From the NCBI GenBank assembly GCA_030264375.1, contig JASCQW010000132.1:95899851-95963850 (forward strand): a DNA stretch of 64,000 bases. The letters are read 5' to 3'. Positions 1-11,939 of the stretch are shown piece after piece. A program made the position numbers and the translations under genes. Origin of the DNA: Carcharhinus longimanus. Lineage: Eukaryota. The number at the start of each line of letters is the position of its first letter. Within the stretch, counting starts at the first letter, position 1. The notes under the pieces were generated by a model, which was not told the origin of the DNA, searched no databases, and was given only the letters and a program-made list of their open reading frames with translations.

Positions 1-365
1 GAAAGTCTTCAAGATTATGAGAGGCAAGGACAGAGTGGATAGTCAGAAGCTTTTTCCCAGGGTGAACGAGTCAATTACTAAGGGACATAGGTTTAAGGTG
101 TGAGGGGTAAGTTCTAAAAGAGATGAACAAGGCTGATTTTTTACAGAGAGTAGCAGGTGCCTGGAATTTGTTGCCGGGGGAGGTAGTGGAAGCAGATATG
201 GTAGTGACTTTTAAAGGTCGTCTTGACAAGTACATGAATAAGATGGGAATAGAGGGATATGGTTCCTGGAAGAGTAGGGGGTTTTAGTTAAGTCAGGCAG
301 CACGGTCGATGTAGGCTTGGAGGGCCAAAAGGCCTATTCCTGTGCTGTAATTTTCTTTGTTCTTT
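1..365 (+). mobile_element. CR1 LINE 3' fragment (ORF2 C-terminus + 3' UTR)
   Basis: Translates to KVFKIMRGKDRVDSQKLFPRV..TKGHRFKV..FFT.RV.GAWNLLPGEVVEAD..TFKGRLDKYMN, the typical CR1 ORF2 end. Ends in a ttctttg-type tail. Confidence 0.9.
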
Positions 366-835
366 ATGCTTCAGCTTTTGTTGGTATGTAGTTCTAGTCC
401 TTGAACTTGAAATAAAAAATCTTTGTAACTCATTTTAGTGCTGCTTTCATTTAGAAATATAAAGCTAGTCAAACCTCATTGACCAGCAATACCATTTGTA
501 AAGGCTACTATTTCTGACTCAGCTGCGCTGATACATCTGTTGACCTATTTCCTCAGGGATTGACTCTTCAAAGTTATGACATTTTCTGAAGGTCACCTTG
601 CGTCAGTATCCAAACAGAGGACACGATCCTGGTCATGACTTGAGCAAAGTTCTATTCTTTCTATTTTGTTTATGTTTCAAGACAATAATTTGTTTTCAAT
701 GTGGCATTTCCTGCAGGTATTTCTTATCCTGCAATTATTTAGGTGTGAGATAATTGATGTATTCCATGTACACTCTTATTTATTACCAATTTTTAAAAAT
801 TCTTTCATGGGATGTGGGCATCACTGGCGCTGGCC

Positions 836-1040
836 CATTGAAGTGGTGGAGGCTACCTCGCTGAATATATTTAAGTCACGGGTAGATAGGTTTCTGATAG
901 ACAAGAAAATTAAGGGTTATGGGGAGAAAGTGGAAAAGTGGAACTGATCCACTTCAGATCAGCCATGATCTTGTTGAATGGTGGGGCAGGCTCGAAGGGC
1001 TAGATGGCCTACTCCTGCTCCTATTTCTTGTGTTCTTATT
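836..1040 (+). mobile_element. CR1 LINE 3' end nested in family-B tail
   Basis: IEVVEATSLNIFKSRVDRFLIDKKIKGYGEK, followed by gaatggtggggcaggctcgaagggctagatggcctactcctgctcctatttcttgtgttctt tail. Confidence 0.9.
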
Positions 1041-1123
1041 TTTATTACCCATCCCTAATTGCCCTTGCGAAGGTGATAGTGAGCTGCCTTCTTGAACCAT
1101 TGCAGTCCATGGAGTGTAGTTAT

Positions 1124-1285
1124 ACTGTAAGAAGTCTCACAGCATCAGGTTAAAGTCCAATAGGTTTATTTTTTTTTTAAATGCATTTATTAAAAAGACT
1201 CACCAAATAAACCTGTTGGACTTTAACCCGGAGTTGTGAGATTTCTTACTGTGTTTACCCCAGTCCAACGCTGGCATCTCCACAT
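1124..1285. mobile_element. Penelope-like element terminus with inverted repeat
   Basis: gtaagaagtctcacagcatcaggttaaagtccaataggtttatt ... aataaacctgttggactttaacccggagttgtgagatttcttac form inverted arms, followed by ccagtccaacgctggcatctccacat. tgtagtta is repeated on both sides (TSD-like). The family call is from recognition of shark PLE ends. Confidence 0.7.
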
Positions 1286-2992
1286 GTAGTTACACCCACA
1301 GTGCTATTAGAGACTGAGTTCCAGGATTTTGATCCAGTGACGACACAGAGGCAGATCTTCTGCCCAGAGTGCCTCCGCACCTGAAAGCCTCTGCAGGTGT
1401 TCCGGGGCAGTGGGCCTGACCTATAACCAGCCTGCCTGCCAAACCCACAGAATGAAAATTGGAACTGCACACTACCATTTTTAAAGGAAATTCTCCCAAC
1501 TGCACATCCAACTTAGGAGTCAACATTAGAGCTATAAATTCTAACGATATGTGTGCTTCCAGAATTCTTCCTCATTTAAGGCTTTTTGCACACTAATATA
1601 TTCTAGCTCATCTTTTTCTTTTCTGTGATAGACAAAGAACAGTAATTTTCACTTCCTGTGCTTGTCTGGAAATTATCAGGAGAGAATCGGAAAGGTTTCA
1701 CAGAAAAGTTGAATTCATATCACTGAAATGCCAGCTGTACAAAAGCCAAACCTAAAATGTATTAAATTAACTATAAACCGCAAAGTTCATGCAGTATAGT
1801 TAATACAATCACAATAATTAAATTTGATTATGGTTTCTGCCTAAATGTTTTTACCGCAAGCTCATTAATAATCATTGACATTATAGAATCTCAAAAACAT
1901 TGTATGGAGTAGAGTAATTGAAATGTCAATCTGTTAAAAACATAATGCATGGAAGGAACAATAACTCTGAGTTCAAAAGTTCAATAGCTTCTTTAGGATT
2001 GGGCATCTTTAAATTTTAATTGAGCAGTTGTTCAACATAAGTCCCACAAATGCATTCTCTTGCCAATGTGTTACCTTTTGCTTTGATTTTTGATGTTGCA
2101 CCACTATACAGTATAGACTCAGATGCTTTGTTTTTAAAAAAATGCATTTATTGAAAAGACTCAACCTGTTTTATCATTTTTCAATTTATTACAGAGTCTA
2201 GCTCAAAATTTCCTCACAGTTGGATCCGCCATGGGTGACTTACACCCTGGACTCTTATACTTTCCAGGATCTAAGATATTTGTATGCATTGCAATACTGT
2301 TAATGCTGCAAATAGAACATCTGCCTTCAGTTGAGGGGAGAATGCTGGTACTGTGGCTTACTCACCATGTTAGCTGGCTTGAAGCTAATGAATTACACTC
2401 GGGAAGTTCCAGCTTTGTCAATCTTGTCGGCCTTCAGCACCCTGGAGTACTTACATCAGAGATGTGCAGATTGCTCTTTGTGCAGCTAACAGCATAGCTA
2501 CAGGAATAAGTCATATAATAATTCTTGGATTTGCATTTACATGCCCATTTGCTGGCTGTTGGCTAATGCATCTTTCTTCTCATGGGTTGGAAATTTCAAC
2601 AAGTGGAAAGAGGAAAGGTTCCAATTTTAATTGGATCTGCGCCAATTTCCATCCTCAGCCACCTTGACTAAAAACAATATTACACCAATTGTGTCAATAA
2701 AAGGGAACTCTAGAGCTAATATATTAAATAAATTGATTTCACCAAATGTTACAGCTTGAAATAACTTTAAAACAGACAATAATTCAATGAATTAATTTAT
2801 GCTAAAAGAATAAAGGAGCAAATCTTAAAAAAAAGTTAAATCATTTCCCAATCCCTGTTCCTACAAACTTTGAGCCCCATTATTATATCACAAATTCAAT
2901 AAAAAGGCAGAGTTGGAAAGAATATGAAAATCCTGAGAATGAATCAGATCATAATGTTTAAATATGTGCTTTTTTCAATATTTGCAGGCCAA

Positions 2993-3189
2993 TGTCCTTT
3001 ACAGAAGGAAATCTGCTATCCTTACCTGGTCCGGTCTACATGTGAGTCCAGACCCACAGCAATGTGGGTGACTCATAACTGCCCTCTGAAATGGCTAAGC
3101 AAAACGCTTAGTTCAAGGGGCAATTAGTGATGGTCAATAAATGCTGGGCCAGCCAGCAATGCCCACATTCCATGAATGAATAAAAAAAA
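2993..3189 (+). mobile_element. SINE-like derivative of family-B LINE (5' UTR joined directly to 3' tail)
   Basis: The first part matches the 5' UTR at 12530-12600 (minus strand). The second part is the family-B tail ggcaattagtgatggtcaataaatgctgggcc...gaatgaataaaaaaaa. Confidence 0.75.
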
Positions 3190-3799
3190 GTGGCTGTCAC
3201 TCTTTGAATAATATCCAGATCTATGATACCATTTTTGCAACACAAATCTGGCTCCTTCATTACAGGAACTGAGGTGAAGATATTTAACAGACATGATGCC
3301 TGTGAACTTCACCAGAAACCTTACCATTACATGTTACTTTCATTGTCAGGAATAAGCTGTCATTTAGAAATTAAGCAAGTAAGAATCCCAAAGACTGGGA
3401 GAAAATGAGCTCTGGAACTGTCTATTTCTGGCTTGCAGGAGCACTGAGTGAATAGGTTGCTGTTGAAGAGCATTCTAGTGTTGTGCAGTGAGTTTAATGA
3501 TACTATGGGAACATTCTCTGATTGACAGTGGAGACTCCATCCACCTCACTAATCACTGTCAGTTACAACTGAGTTCTGCAATTTGAACAGTAATTGGACA
3601 GAAGCCCTATGATCATAAAAAATTAACAAGCAAGAGGGATACAGTGAAACAACAGCTCTCAGATGCTGCAGTGCACAAAAAAGAGCTAACTTGAGATGAT
3701 TTTAATCTTACCTACCTATTATACCTGGGCTGGTGGGCAGTTAAAATTAGCCAGGATATAACGCATTTGATAGCTACCAGGGTTCAACATTGATGATTT

Positions 3800-3920
3800 T
3801 TTGATTTGATTTATTATTGTCACAGGTATTGGAATAGTGTGAGAAGTAGTGTTTCTTGCCCATTATACAGACAAAGCATACTGTACATAGAGGAGAAGGA
3901 AAGGCGAGGGTGCAGAATTT
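3800..3920 (-). mobile_element. LINE 3' end, Rex1/Babar-like
   Basis: The minus strand ends gtgacaataataaatcaaatcaaa (polyA signal + TCAAA microsatellite tail). Clade assignment is from recall of shark repeats. Confidence 0.55.
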
Positions 3921-4832
3921 AACTGTTTTCCTAAGCAGGTAATAGGAATGCACACCCAAAGCTGGCCCTGCTCTTTATATATGCACGAGGCCTGGCTGCT
4001 TTAACTAATGCCTAAAACAACACAGCAGAAACATCAGGAGAGAGAAATTTGTTTGCGTGACAGCACTGTCAATTCCACAGAAGCAGGCAGCATCACAGAC
4101 TGCAATCAGCAGCTTTCACTGCTTTCTTCACTAAGGTTGTTGAAGCACTGCTTACCCCAGTGAGCTGATGTGATTCTGGATAATATGAACAAATTACTCC
4201 CCACGAGAAACCTTCGCACTTTTGGGGACCACATCATTTACAAGTGATGAAACAGTTTATTTTAATATAATTTAAATCATGCTATGAATTTCATTATAAA
4301 CAGGCTTTGCAAATGGTTTTTAATTAAATTGTTCTTTTGAGTAATGACAGAGCACATAGTGCAGTATAGACTTCAGGGCATGATTAACTACTGAGTAATG
4401 AGGCAGACTCAGCTAATAATCCAACAGTAAGCAGATATTTATCATAATGTGATCAAATTCAATGCTAGGTTTAAAAAGGAGAAACACAGGTATTAGAACT
4501 TTAAAATATGACGATGCCATCCTTAATGAAACAAGGCAGACATTGACAACAACTAACTGGTCAAAACTAATATCAGATAAAAATACAGATAAACAGTGCA
4601 AGGTGCTCAAAAGAGAATTTAGCTTAATACAGCATTAATATATACTCTTAAGTGGCAAGGTTACTAAATGAATAGTCATGGTTGACAAAAGCAGTCGAAA
4701 TTAACTCAAAACCCAAGGAAAGAACATAGAGAGGAGAGAAGATTTAGTACAAATAATTTATATTTGATTTTGTGGACATTAGAATAAACCATAGCTTTAA
4801 GCAAACTTAATTTTAGTGTTCCTGCATTTTAG

Positions 4833-5948
4833 TGTTATGGAAGGGTTAATAACTTCAGTTTGGTTCAGATGCCTACAATGTAATGAGGGTTTTACGAAGT
4901 TGAAGCAAACAGGGCGTAAAGGAAGACTAAGCTGCTGCTTAGCAACCAAAGGCCCACACACAGATGGCAAGAGTTTTTAAGTTTGTCAGCTAGTGTCAGG
5001 AAGAACTGAACACAGGGTAAGGAGGTACAGAGAGCAGATTTCCCAAAAGAACAAAAGAAAATCTCCAAAGCCAGAGAATGAGGATAAAAGACTGTTTCAG
5101 GAAGACTGTTAAGTTAAAGAAACATAGAACAGGAATCTGAATGAGGTCTTGTTCAATGAAATTAAAGCAAGGAGCAGAAAAGAGAGTCTGAATTAAACAG
5201 ACAACTTTACAAAATAGATTTTAAAGTCTGTTTACAAGAAGCCAGATATCTGAAGTAGTCAGAAAGTCATTGACTCCTTATTGCAGGTCTATGAAGCAGT
5301 CGGGTTCTATTGGCATGGCTGGATCCTTGAGAGCATCTGTTGATGGTGAAGTCTGAATACACAAAATGATTCAGGGAGGAGGGGTACCGAAAGAAGTTGA
5401 AAATTCTGGAGTAGGATCCTTAGTGAAGGCATCTAAGAGAGAGCATTGAGTAGGAGAAGATTCCAAAGTGCATTCTTTAAAAATGGAGATTGGAAACCAT
5501 TGTATGGAAGACAGAGTTCCAGTGAGTCCAATTGGCTCACAATGTGATGAGCATATGGAGAGGTGGGATTTGATGAAAAATCTGTAAAAGTTGTACTGCG
5601 TTTCTCACTTGGTTTCAGAATGTAGAGTGTCTGACCACATTTCATCTTTTGATCTACACGGACTGTGCACTTATTGAGAACATTAGAATAATTTTAAGAA
5701 ACATTTTGCAACTTGTGTTACCTTATAAATCTTATATATCTATATAGGTATAGTTGGGGTGAAGGAATAGAATAGTATAGTTAATCTTTTCTTGTTTAAT
5801 AAATGTTTTATTCTTTTGTTACAAGTTCTTCAGCAGTCCCGTGATTTTGTTCATTCATATAAACAAAAGAAACAAAAGTTCGGATCTATCAAGCCAGATT
5901 CCATCCTGGGATTTGACTTCTCTCAAAGTATCGGCTAGGATCATACCT
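4833..5948 (+). mobile_element. Solo LTR (~1.1 kb) inserted in the old CR1
   Basis: Starts TGTTATGG, has an internal AATAAA (~5798) and an LTR-like 3' end (ggatcatac). It splits CR1 coding remnants. Confidence 0.6.
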
Positions 5949-6736
5949 TCACAAATTTCATTTGGTATTGGTATCAAGATTAAAGCAAGAGGTTTTACAA
6001 TTACATTTGGAATTAGGTGGACACTCAAATGTTATCTGGATTCTCTAAAACATTTGTGGCAATGTAACAACTAAAATAGAAAATTTCAGATTGTTGAATA
6101 ATTACTTTGCATCCATTTTCACATCAGAAGAAAAGGATAACGTTCAAGAAAACCCAGAGAAATGAGATCAGTCAAGGATTGGGAGTCCAGAGGAGTTAAC
6201 ATCAGCAAGAAAACAGTTTCAAAGAATTAAAACCCTGAAGAATAATGTGTTTTTTTATCTATGGATTTTAAAGAGCGAATGTGAGGAAATTGCATTTTTT
6301 GTAAAATCCATTAGCTATAATTCTGCCAAAGCTCTCTCAATGTGAGAACTGACTCTTTAGATTGGAAAATTGGAAAAGTAATTCCAATGTTATTCAGAGG
6401 GCAGAGAGATAAACTGAAAAATTACACAGACGGTAGTGTAACATCCACCGCAAGGAAGTTATTGAAACACGGAATGATTGAGAACTTAGAGAAACTTGGG
6501 CTGATCAGAGATAAGCAATATAAATTTGTAAAGATAAGATAATGTTCAATAAACCTAATTGGATTGTTTGAGGAAGAATGGGGGTTTGTCAGCTATCTAT
6601 GGATGAAACTTATGTAGATATCCAGGTGACATTCAATAAGGTTCTACATAAGAAGCTGTTAGCTAAAATAAGTCTTATGGAATTAATGAAAATTATTGAT
6701 GGGATTAAACAATTGGAAAACTGGTTGAAGACAGAG

Positions 6737-7784
6737 GGCTAGATTTCTATCATGGAGGCAGGAATCGGGATTGGCAATTCTCACAATTTGGCGATCCTAC
6801 CTCCATCCTACTGTGCTAGCCAATTTTCATCTGTCTGAGGTGGTGAAAGATGCAGGTTGGTAACAAAGTGGGCAGCTTAAAAATCCATTGCCAATCATTG
6901 AGGCATGAGCTCAGGGTTTCAGTTCAGTGTAAACCTATTTCACCTTCTTCAATCTTCACACCCTACACCCCTTCACATCCTATACTCCATTCACTCCCTC
7001 CCTCGATTCACCCTTTGCATCCCAACACCCCCTTCAGCCTATCACCCAGCATCCAGTTTATAAGGAGAACTCTTGGACGTGAACTTTATGCTCCCCCAAC
7101 TTTAGGTGGTGTGGGGGTGGGATATGAGTGTGGGCGGGAGTGGGTGATGGTGAGCAGGAGTGTGAAATTGCAGGGATAGGATTCCCTTTGAATTCCAATC
7201 TGCCCTGACCACACAGTAATTTTACACTGGGGTGGGCAAGGTCTTAGATTGGAAGCCCAGCCTTTAAATGGCAATCATATGCTGCTTAAGGGCTGTTTCC
7301 CACCCAACCCCAACTTTTAGACTGGCAGGATCATTGAACATCAGTGGGGCTATTGGCTAGAAGGAATTAAAGTTAGATTTGGGCAGGAGATGCCTCCATC
7401 AGAAGCCCCGTTCTGACTTTGATATCTCCCCCTTAAAACCTGGTGACCTCCTGGACCTCCCTCCCTGGGGCCTCTCCCCTGAGACCCTGTGTCACCCCCA
7501 ACCCCCCCTCGCCGGTCCCCATACCTTCACTACCTTCTCCATCCTAGGACCCCTTATATTTATCTTGGTCCTTTGGATCTGGTACTTGCACTGAGGCAGG
7601 TTCGTTTACTTCATCTTCTGTCTACTACAGTGGTGTCTCTCTAAGGTAAAATATCCGTCTGAGTGAGAGGGTGCAGAAGTCCCAACTGCAGCCAATCAAT
7701 GCTCATTGGAATGTAAATTGGATGCAGGGCAGTCGGAATTTGATGTCCCAGGCGAGTTCCCGCCATCTGAAAAATGCTGGTCAT
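6737..7784. mobile_element. Non-autonomous Harbinger-like DNA transposon (GC-rich MITE)
   Basis: Begins gggctagattt, ends aaaatgctggtc (degenerate TIR) and has a C/G-run-rich interior. It interrupts the CR1 RT. Confidence 0.5.
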
Positions 7785-8826
7785 GAGCCCTATTAAAACA
7801 CTGAGAAGTCTTTGGAAAGCTGATAAATCTGTCAAAATAAACAAACACTTCTTGAATAGGCAGTTAAAGAACATTAACCTTCTGCACTATAGGGATTCTA
7901 TAACCTCTTACATGAGTGCTTTGGGAGGTAGCCAATCCATCAAGCTGACATTCTCCAACATGACTGAGTAAACAACTGCTGCAGTGCAGAATTCATTACT
8001 GGGTTCAACGACAGCCACAGTATCAAACAAACAATTTCCAACATAATTGTGTGAGCAAAGCTTGCCGTACAGAATCCATGAGTGCCATTGAAGCCAACTA
8101 AAAAGTCAAATATCTGTCAATGCTTTGAACCAGCCAAACATATGTCAAAGTTGTTCTTTAAAGACTGAATGAAAACCATGGAAAAGAAAGGCTTTCAAAA
8201 AACAGCCCTTTTGCTGAAAATTACACAAGTTCTGAAGTGTTCACTTCTAGAATTATGCCAGCAACTGCTTAACTGCAGCATGTGGAGCTCCTGACATTTT
8301 CCCACAGACTGAAAATAACCAGAGATGGAACTGGGGGCAGGGCTTCTGGATCTGCATTCCAGCTGTCATTTTTCTCCCATCTGATTCCATGCCCCATCGT
8401 GTCCGTAGCGTAGGGATTATGGATATGTAGTTAAATTAGAAGACGACCCAGAAGGATATGTGCTGAGGCTTCAACTATTCACTATATAGTAATGATTCAG
8501 ATAATGCAACAGATTGGCATTGTGGTAAGGATTGCAGATAAGAGAGACATTTGGTGAGTGCTCAGAACTGTAACAAACTGATTTCAGCACAAGCAATTGT
8601 GATGGCGCCCACTTTGAACCAAAAAAGGGCAGATCCAAGTATATTCCAAATTGTGAAATGTTAGGAATGGTGGAGGTCCAAAGAGATTTAGAGATCCATG
8701 TTAAGAGATCTCAAAAATGGTGTAGATGATACAAATAGAAGCAAAACAGTTTATGGAGGGTTAGAATATATGGGAGAAAGTTTTGCTACTGCTTTGCAGA
8801 ACTCTGTTAAAACATATCTGGAAAAC

Positions 8827-8972
8827 TGGACAGGATTTTCAGGATGTGCTCGCCTCAAAATCAAAAAATCCTGCCCAAGGTCAACAGACCTTTGCATGGT
8901 CTGCACTCCCCACCCCTGCCCTCCCCCCACCTGCTACAATTCCCATAGCGGGCAGAATGGACAAATTCCCCC
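8827..8972. mobile_element. Short MITE inserted in CR1
   Basis: Degenerate TIRs ggacaggatttt ... aaattccccc. CR1 sequence resumes on both sides. Confidence 0.55.
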
Positions 8973-10784
8973 TGCTGCATACAAATTTGGGCACCTCGCC
9001 ATAGAAAGTATCTTTCTGCCTATGAGGGCATGCAGTGCAGATTTACTAGAATATTATCAGGACCACAAGAGATCATAAGAAAATGATACACAAACAAAGC
9101 TTCTATTACATTGATTGTATAATGTTAAATAGTGATTTCATTGAAATTTTTGGAATGTGAAAAGACTTGATAGAGTAAGTGATTGCTGCTGTAAATGGGA
9201 AGGGAAGGACAGTGGGTGGACAAGGGGATACAACTTTAAAATCACAGCCAGGCCATTCAGGCGAGAAATGAGAAATAGCTTTTTCAGGCCAAGAATAGTA
9301 GAAACATGGAGCCTAACTCACTTCATCATTCTAATCTGTCAAAGGTATATTTTTTCACCATGGTAGGAAAGAATGGAGATCAAAGTTGGTGGATGGAGTT
9401 AGGGGGCAGACCAGCCACAATCTCATTGAATGTAAGAACAGGCTTGTTGGGCAGAATGGTTAACTGCTATACCTATGTTCTTATGTTGTAAATTTCTATA
9501 TTAAATAGTAAGGAGTGATTATCACGTTCTAGGTTAAAGGGTAATGTGGATTAAAGTCTTGTTCTATTGGCCCAAGAAATTGACTGAAATTTTGTGTCTT
9601 CCCAAAAGACATAATTTATCAATGGGTTACAGTGTCAATGCAATGCATCAATGACCTCAGCATAGCTATAGTATCAGAAATGCTCGCAGAACATTCCAGA
9701 TTGAAAAGCATCACAAATTACTGTTTCAAAGCATAAAGAAAATAGAGGGAATAAAACTATGCTTAAGTCATGGTCAGGGCAGTAGAAATTGAAGCAAAAT
9801 GACCTTTAGTAAATGTCACGGTTCATATAGCTTTGAAGAATCAATTTCCCCAGAGGTAGGTCAACAGATGCATCACTGCATTTCAGTCTGAAATATTAGC
9901 CTTTTGAAATGACATTGCCAGTCAATGTGATTTAATAAACTNNNNNNNNNNTCTAAACAAGAGCAGCAATAAAGTCAGTTGCAAAAGTTTATTATTTCAA
10001 ATACGCATCACAATCTATGAACAATTGTTCTGGTCTTTTGATGTAATGACTTTTGATGTTTTCTTATAGTTGAGCAGTCAGTTCATTAATACAAATGAAC
10101 AATATTGGCACAATATAGACCAACGTTCCACTTCCAATTATTGGACATTTTAAAAATAATATATTTTATTCAAGTCCAGCTGGATGATACAAATTAACGT
10201 TGATATAGAAAGTGGAATTTAGGGCTGAATTTTTGCTCTCAACTTGGGAGAAATGTCAAGTCAAATTTTGTTTCCATAGGGAAGAGGTGCTAACTGGAGT
10301 CAAGCCCGCCAATGCTGGAAGTAGCTCAGCTGTGGTGTAACAGAAGACCAGCAAGGCCTTGCTGCTGTGAGGCAGAAAGTGGATGGAAATGCTGCTGACA
10401 CTTGGAGGAGATGTTAATCAAGTGTCAGATGAGCATTAACAGTAATAGTTGTCCAACTGAGAGCTGACATTGGAACAGCTAACTCATCATGAGCTTTCCA
10501 TAGGAACAGATAATAATTGCTGCAGTCTATTCACATTTAATGAAGGAGCACAATCTATCAAGCTCAGACTGGAAGACCTTCACCAGACACAGGTATGAAA
10601 TAACAGCTCTTTGGCAATATTCCCCATTGACTCAAGTTAGTGTAATGCCTCAGGTGATGCCTCATACATACCACATTTGCCACAATCCTTTGCCCTTCCA
10701 CCCTACCCTCTTTCCACTGATCTCTCACAGTGCAACAATACAATGGTGCCTTGACCTGAACTCTCACAAGGTTTTTTAAGGCTT

Positions 10785-11003
10785 ATTTATTTGTGTCACA
10801 AGTAGGTTTACATTAAAACTGCGATGAAGATACCATGAAAATTCCCTAGGCGCTTGTTCAGGTTCACTGAGGAAGAATTTAGCATGGCCAATGCACCCAG
10901 CCAGCATGTATTTCAGACTGGAGCACCCGGATGAAACTGAAGCACCTGGAGAAAACCCACGCAGACACGGGGAGAATGTGCAGACTCTGCACAAATAGTC
11001 ACC
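10785..11003 (-). mobile_element. HE1-type SINE, 5'-truncated
   Basis: Minus strand reads gtgcagagtctgcacattctccccgtgtctgcgtgggttttctccaggtgcttcagtttc..., the HE1 central body, with a gtgacacaaataaataa tail. Confidence 0.85.
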
Positions 11004-11174
11004 AAAAATCTAACTACCCTACATTCAGCCAGATCCATTGCTATCAACCTCTTTTCCCACCAAGCCAGGCACCCGCCCCCCTCAAGTAGAGGAGTGAGTG
11101 GGGAAGTAGATGGCATAGAGAAACCATAAAGAACCATTGAGGTTTGTGCATGTAAACAGACATGTGTGTGTGTG

Positions 11175-11348
11175 ATTTAACACAGTAATAGATAGGTTTT
11201 TCATTGGTAAGAGGATCAAAGATTAGGGGAAAAGGCANNNNNNNNNNGGAGAATGGGGTTGAGAAATATATCAGCCATGATTAAATGGTGAAGCAGACTC
11301 AGTGGGCTAAATGGCCTAATTCTGCTCCTATATTTATGGTTTTATGGA
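11175..11348 (+). mobile_element. CR1 3' end
   Basis: atagataggtttttc...ggatcaaagattagggg...tcagccatgattaaatggtgaagcagactcagtgggctaaatggcctaattctgctcctata tail. Confidence 0.85.
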
Positions 11349-11939
11349 CCATACATGCCTTTTCTATTCCCATTTCTCAGGCCAGAATGTTTCACAGAAG
11401 GAAGAGTGGGGAAAAAACTGGAGGGGTTGTGCTTGCTTCAGCGACCAGGGCCAGGGACTTTTTTCCATATTATATTCTAGTGGAGGGTGAAGGTTCTGCG
11501 AACATCTTAGCACCCTCGTCAGCTTCCCCAGCCCTTCTGCTGGAGTTCCCTGTGTCCAAGTAGAAATGCAGATGCTGCAATCTGACGTAGGTTACCTGCA
11601 TAACCAGACCGCCCTCCACACTCCTCATTTCCATATAGCGCAAGAGGCTGCCTCTGCCTCCTCTGAGGTAACACAGTGGTCACTACATAGGAACATGCAT
11701 GAATGCCTTGTCCCCTCGATCAGTGATGGTTCAACGTAGTTCCATTTCATACCACTTTGTTAATGTCACAATTTAGCACTTTGAAAATACCAGTCACCAT
11801 TGCCAAAAATGTTTTGCTCTGCTTTTATACATGAAAACTCTCAATGAGAATGTGAACAGAAAGAAGACTGAATGAATTGGTCCTGAAGACTACATGCCGA
11901 AGTCTATCTCTCATTGTTACCATTAGGAACGTGCACCCA

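Larger units (their letters stand above)
790..1345 (-). mobile_element. Family-B LINE 3' tail, interrupted by a CR1 tail and a Penelope terminus
   Basis: ttctttcatgggatgtgggc...cccatccctaattgcccttg...gagttccaggattttgatccag matches the other family-B tails (e.g. 41945-42110, 61705-61860). Confidence 0.8.
4250..9490 (+). mobile_element. Old, fragmented CR1 LINE (APE end 4250-4650, RT 6080-6735 and 8405-8820, 3' end 8975-9490) hosting later insertions
   Basis: Degenerate CR1 motifs in collinear order: LLSNEADS..HNVIKF; NNYFASIF; DWKIGKVIP..RDKLKNY; PEGYVLRLQLFTI (PQGSVLGP-like); TRGYNFKITARPFRREMRNSFF; tail tatgttcttatgtt. Confidence 0.7.

Noticed and set aside
2195-2497. Plus-strand acceptor followed by an ~100-codon open frame
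   Set aside because: No convincing donor or recognisable peptide.
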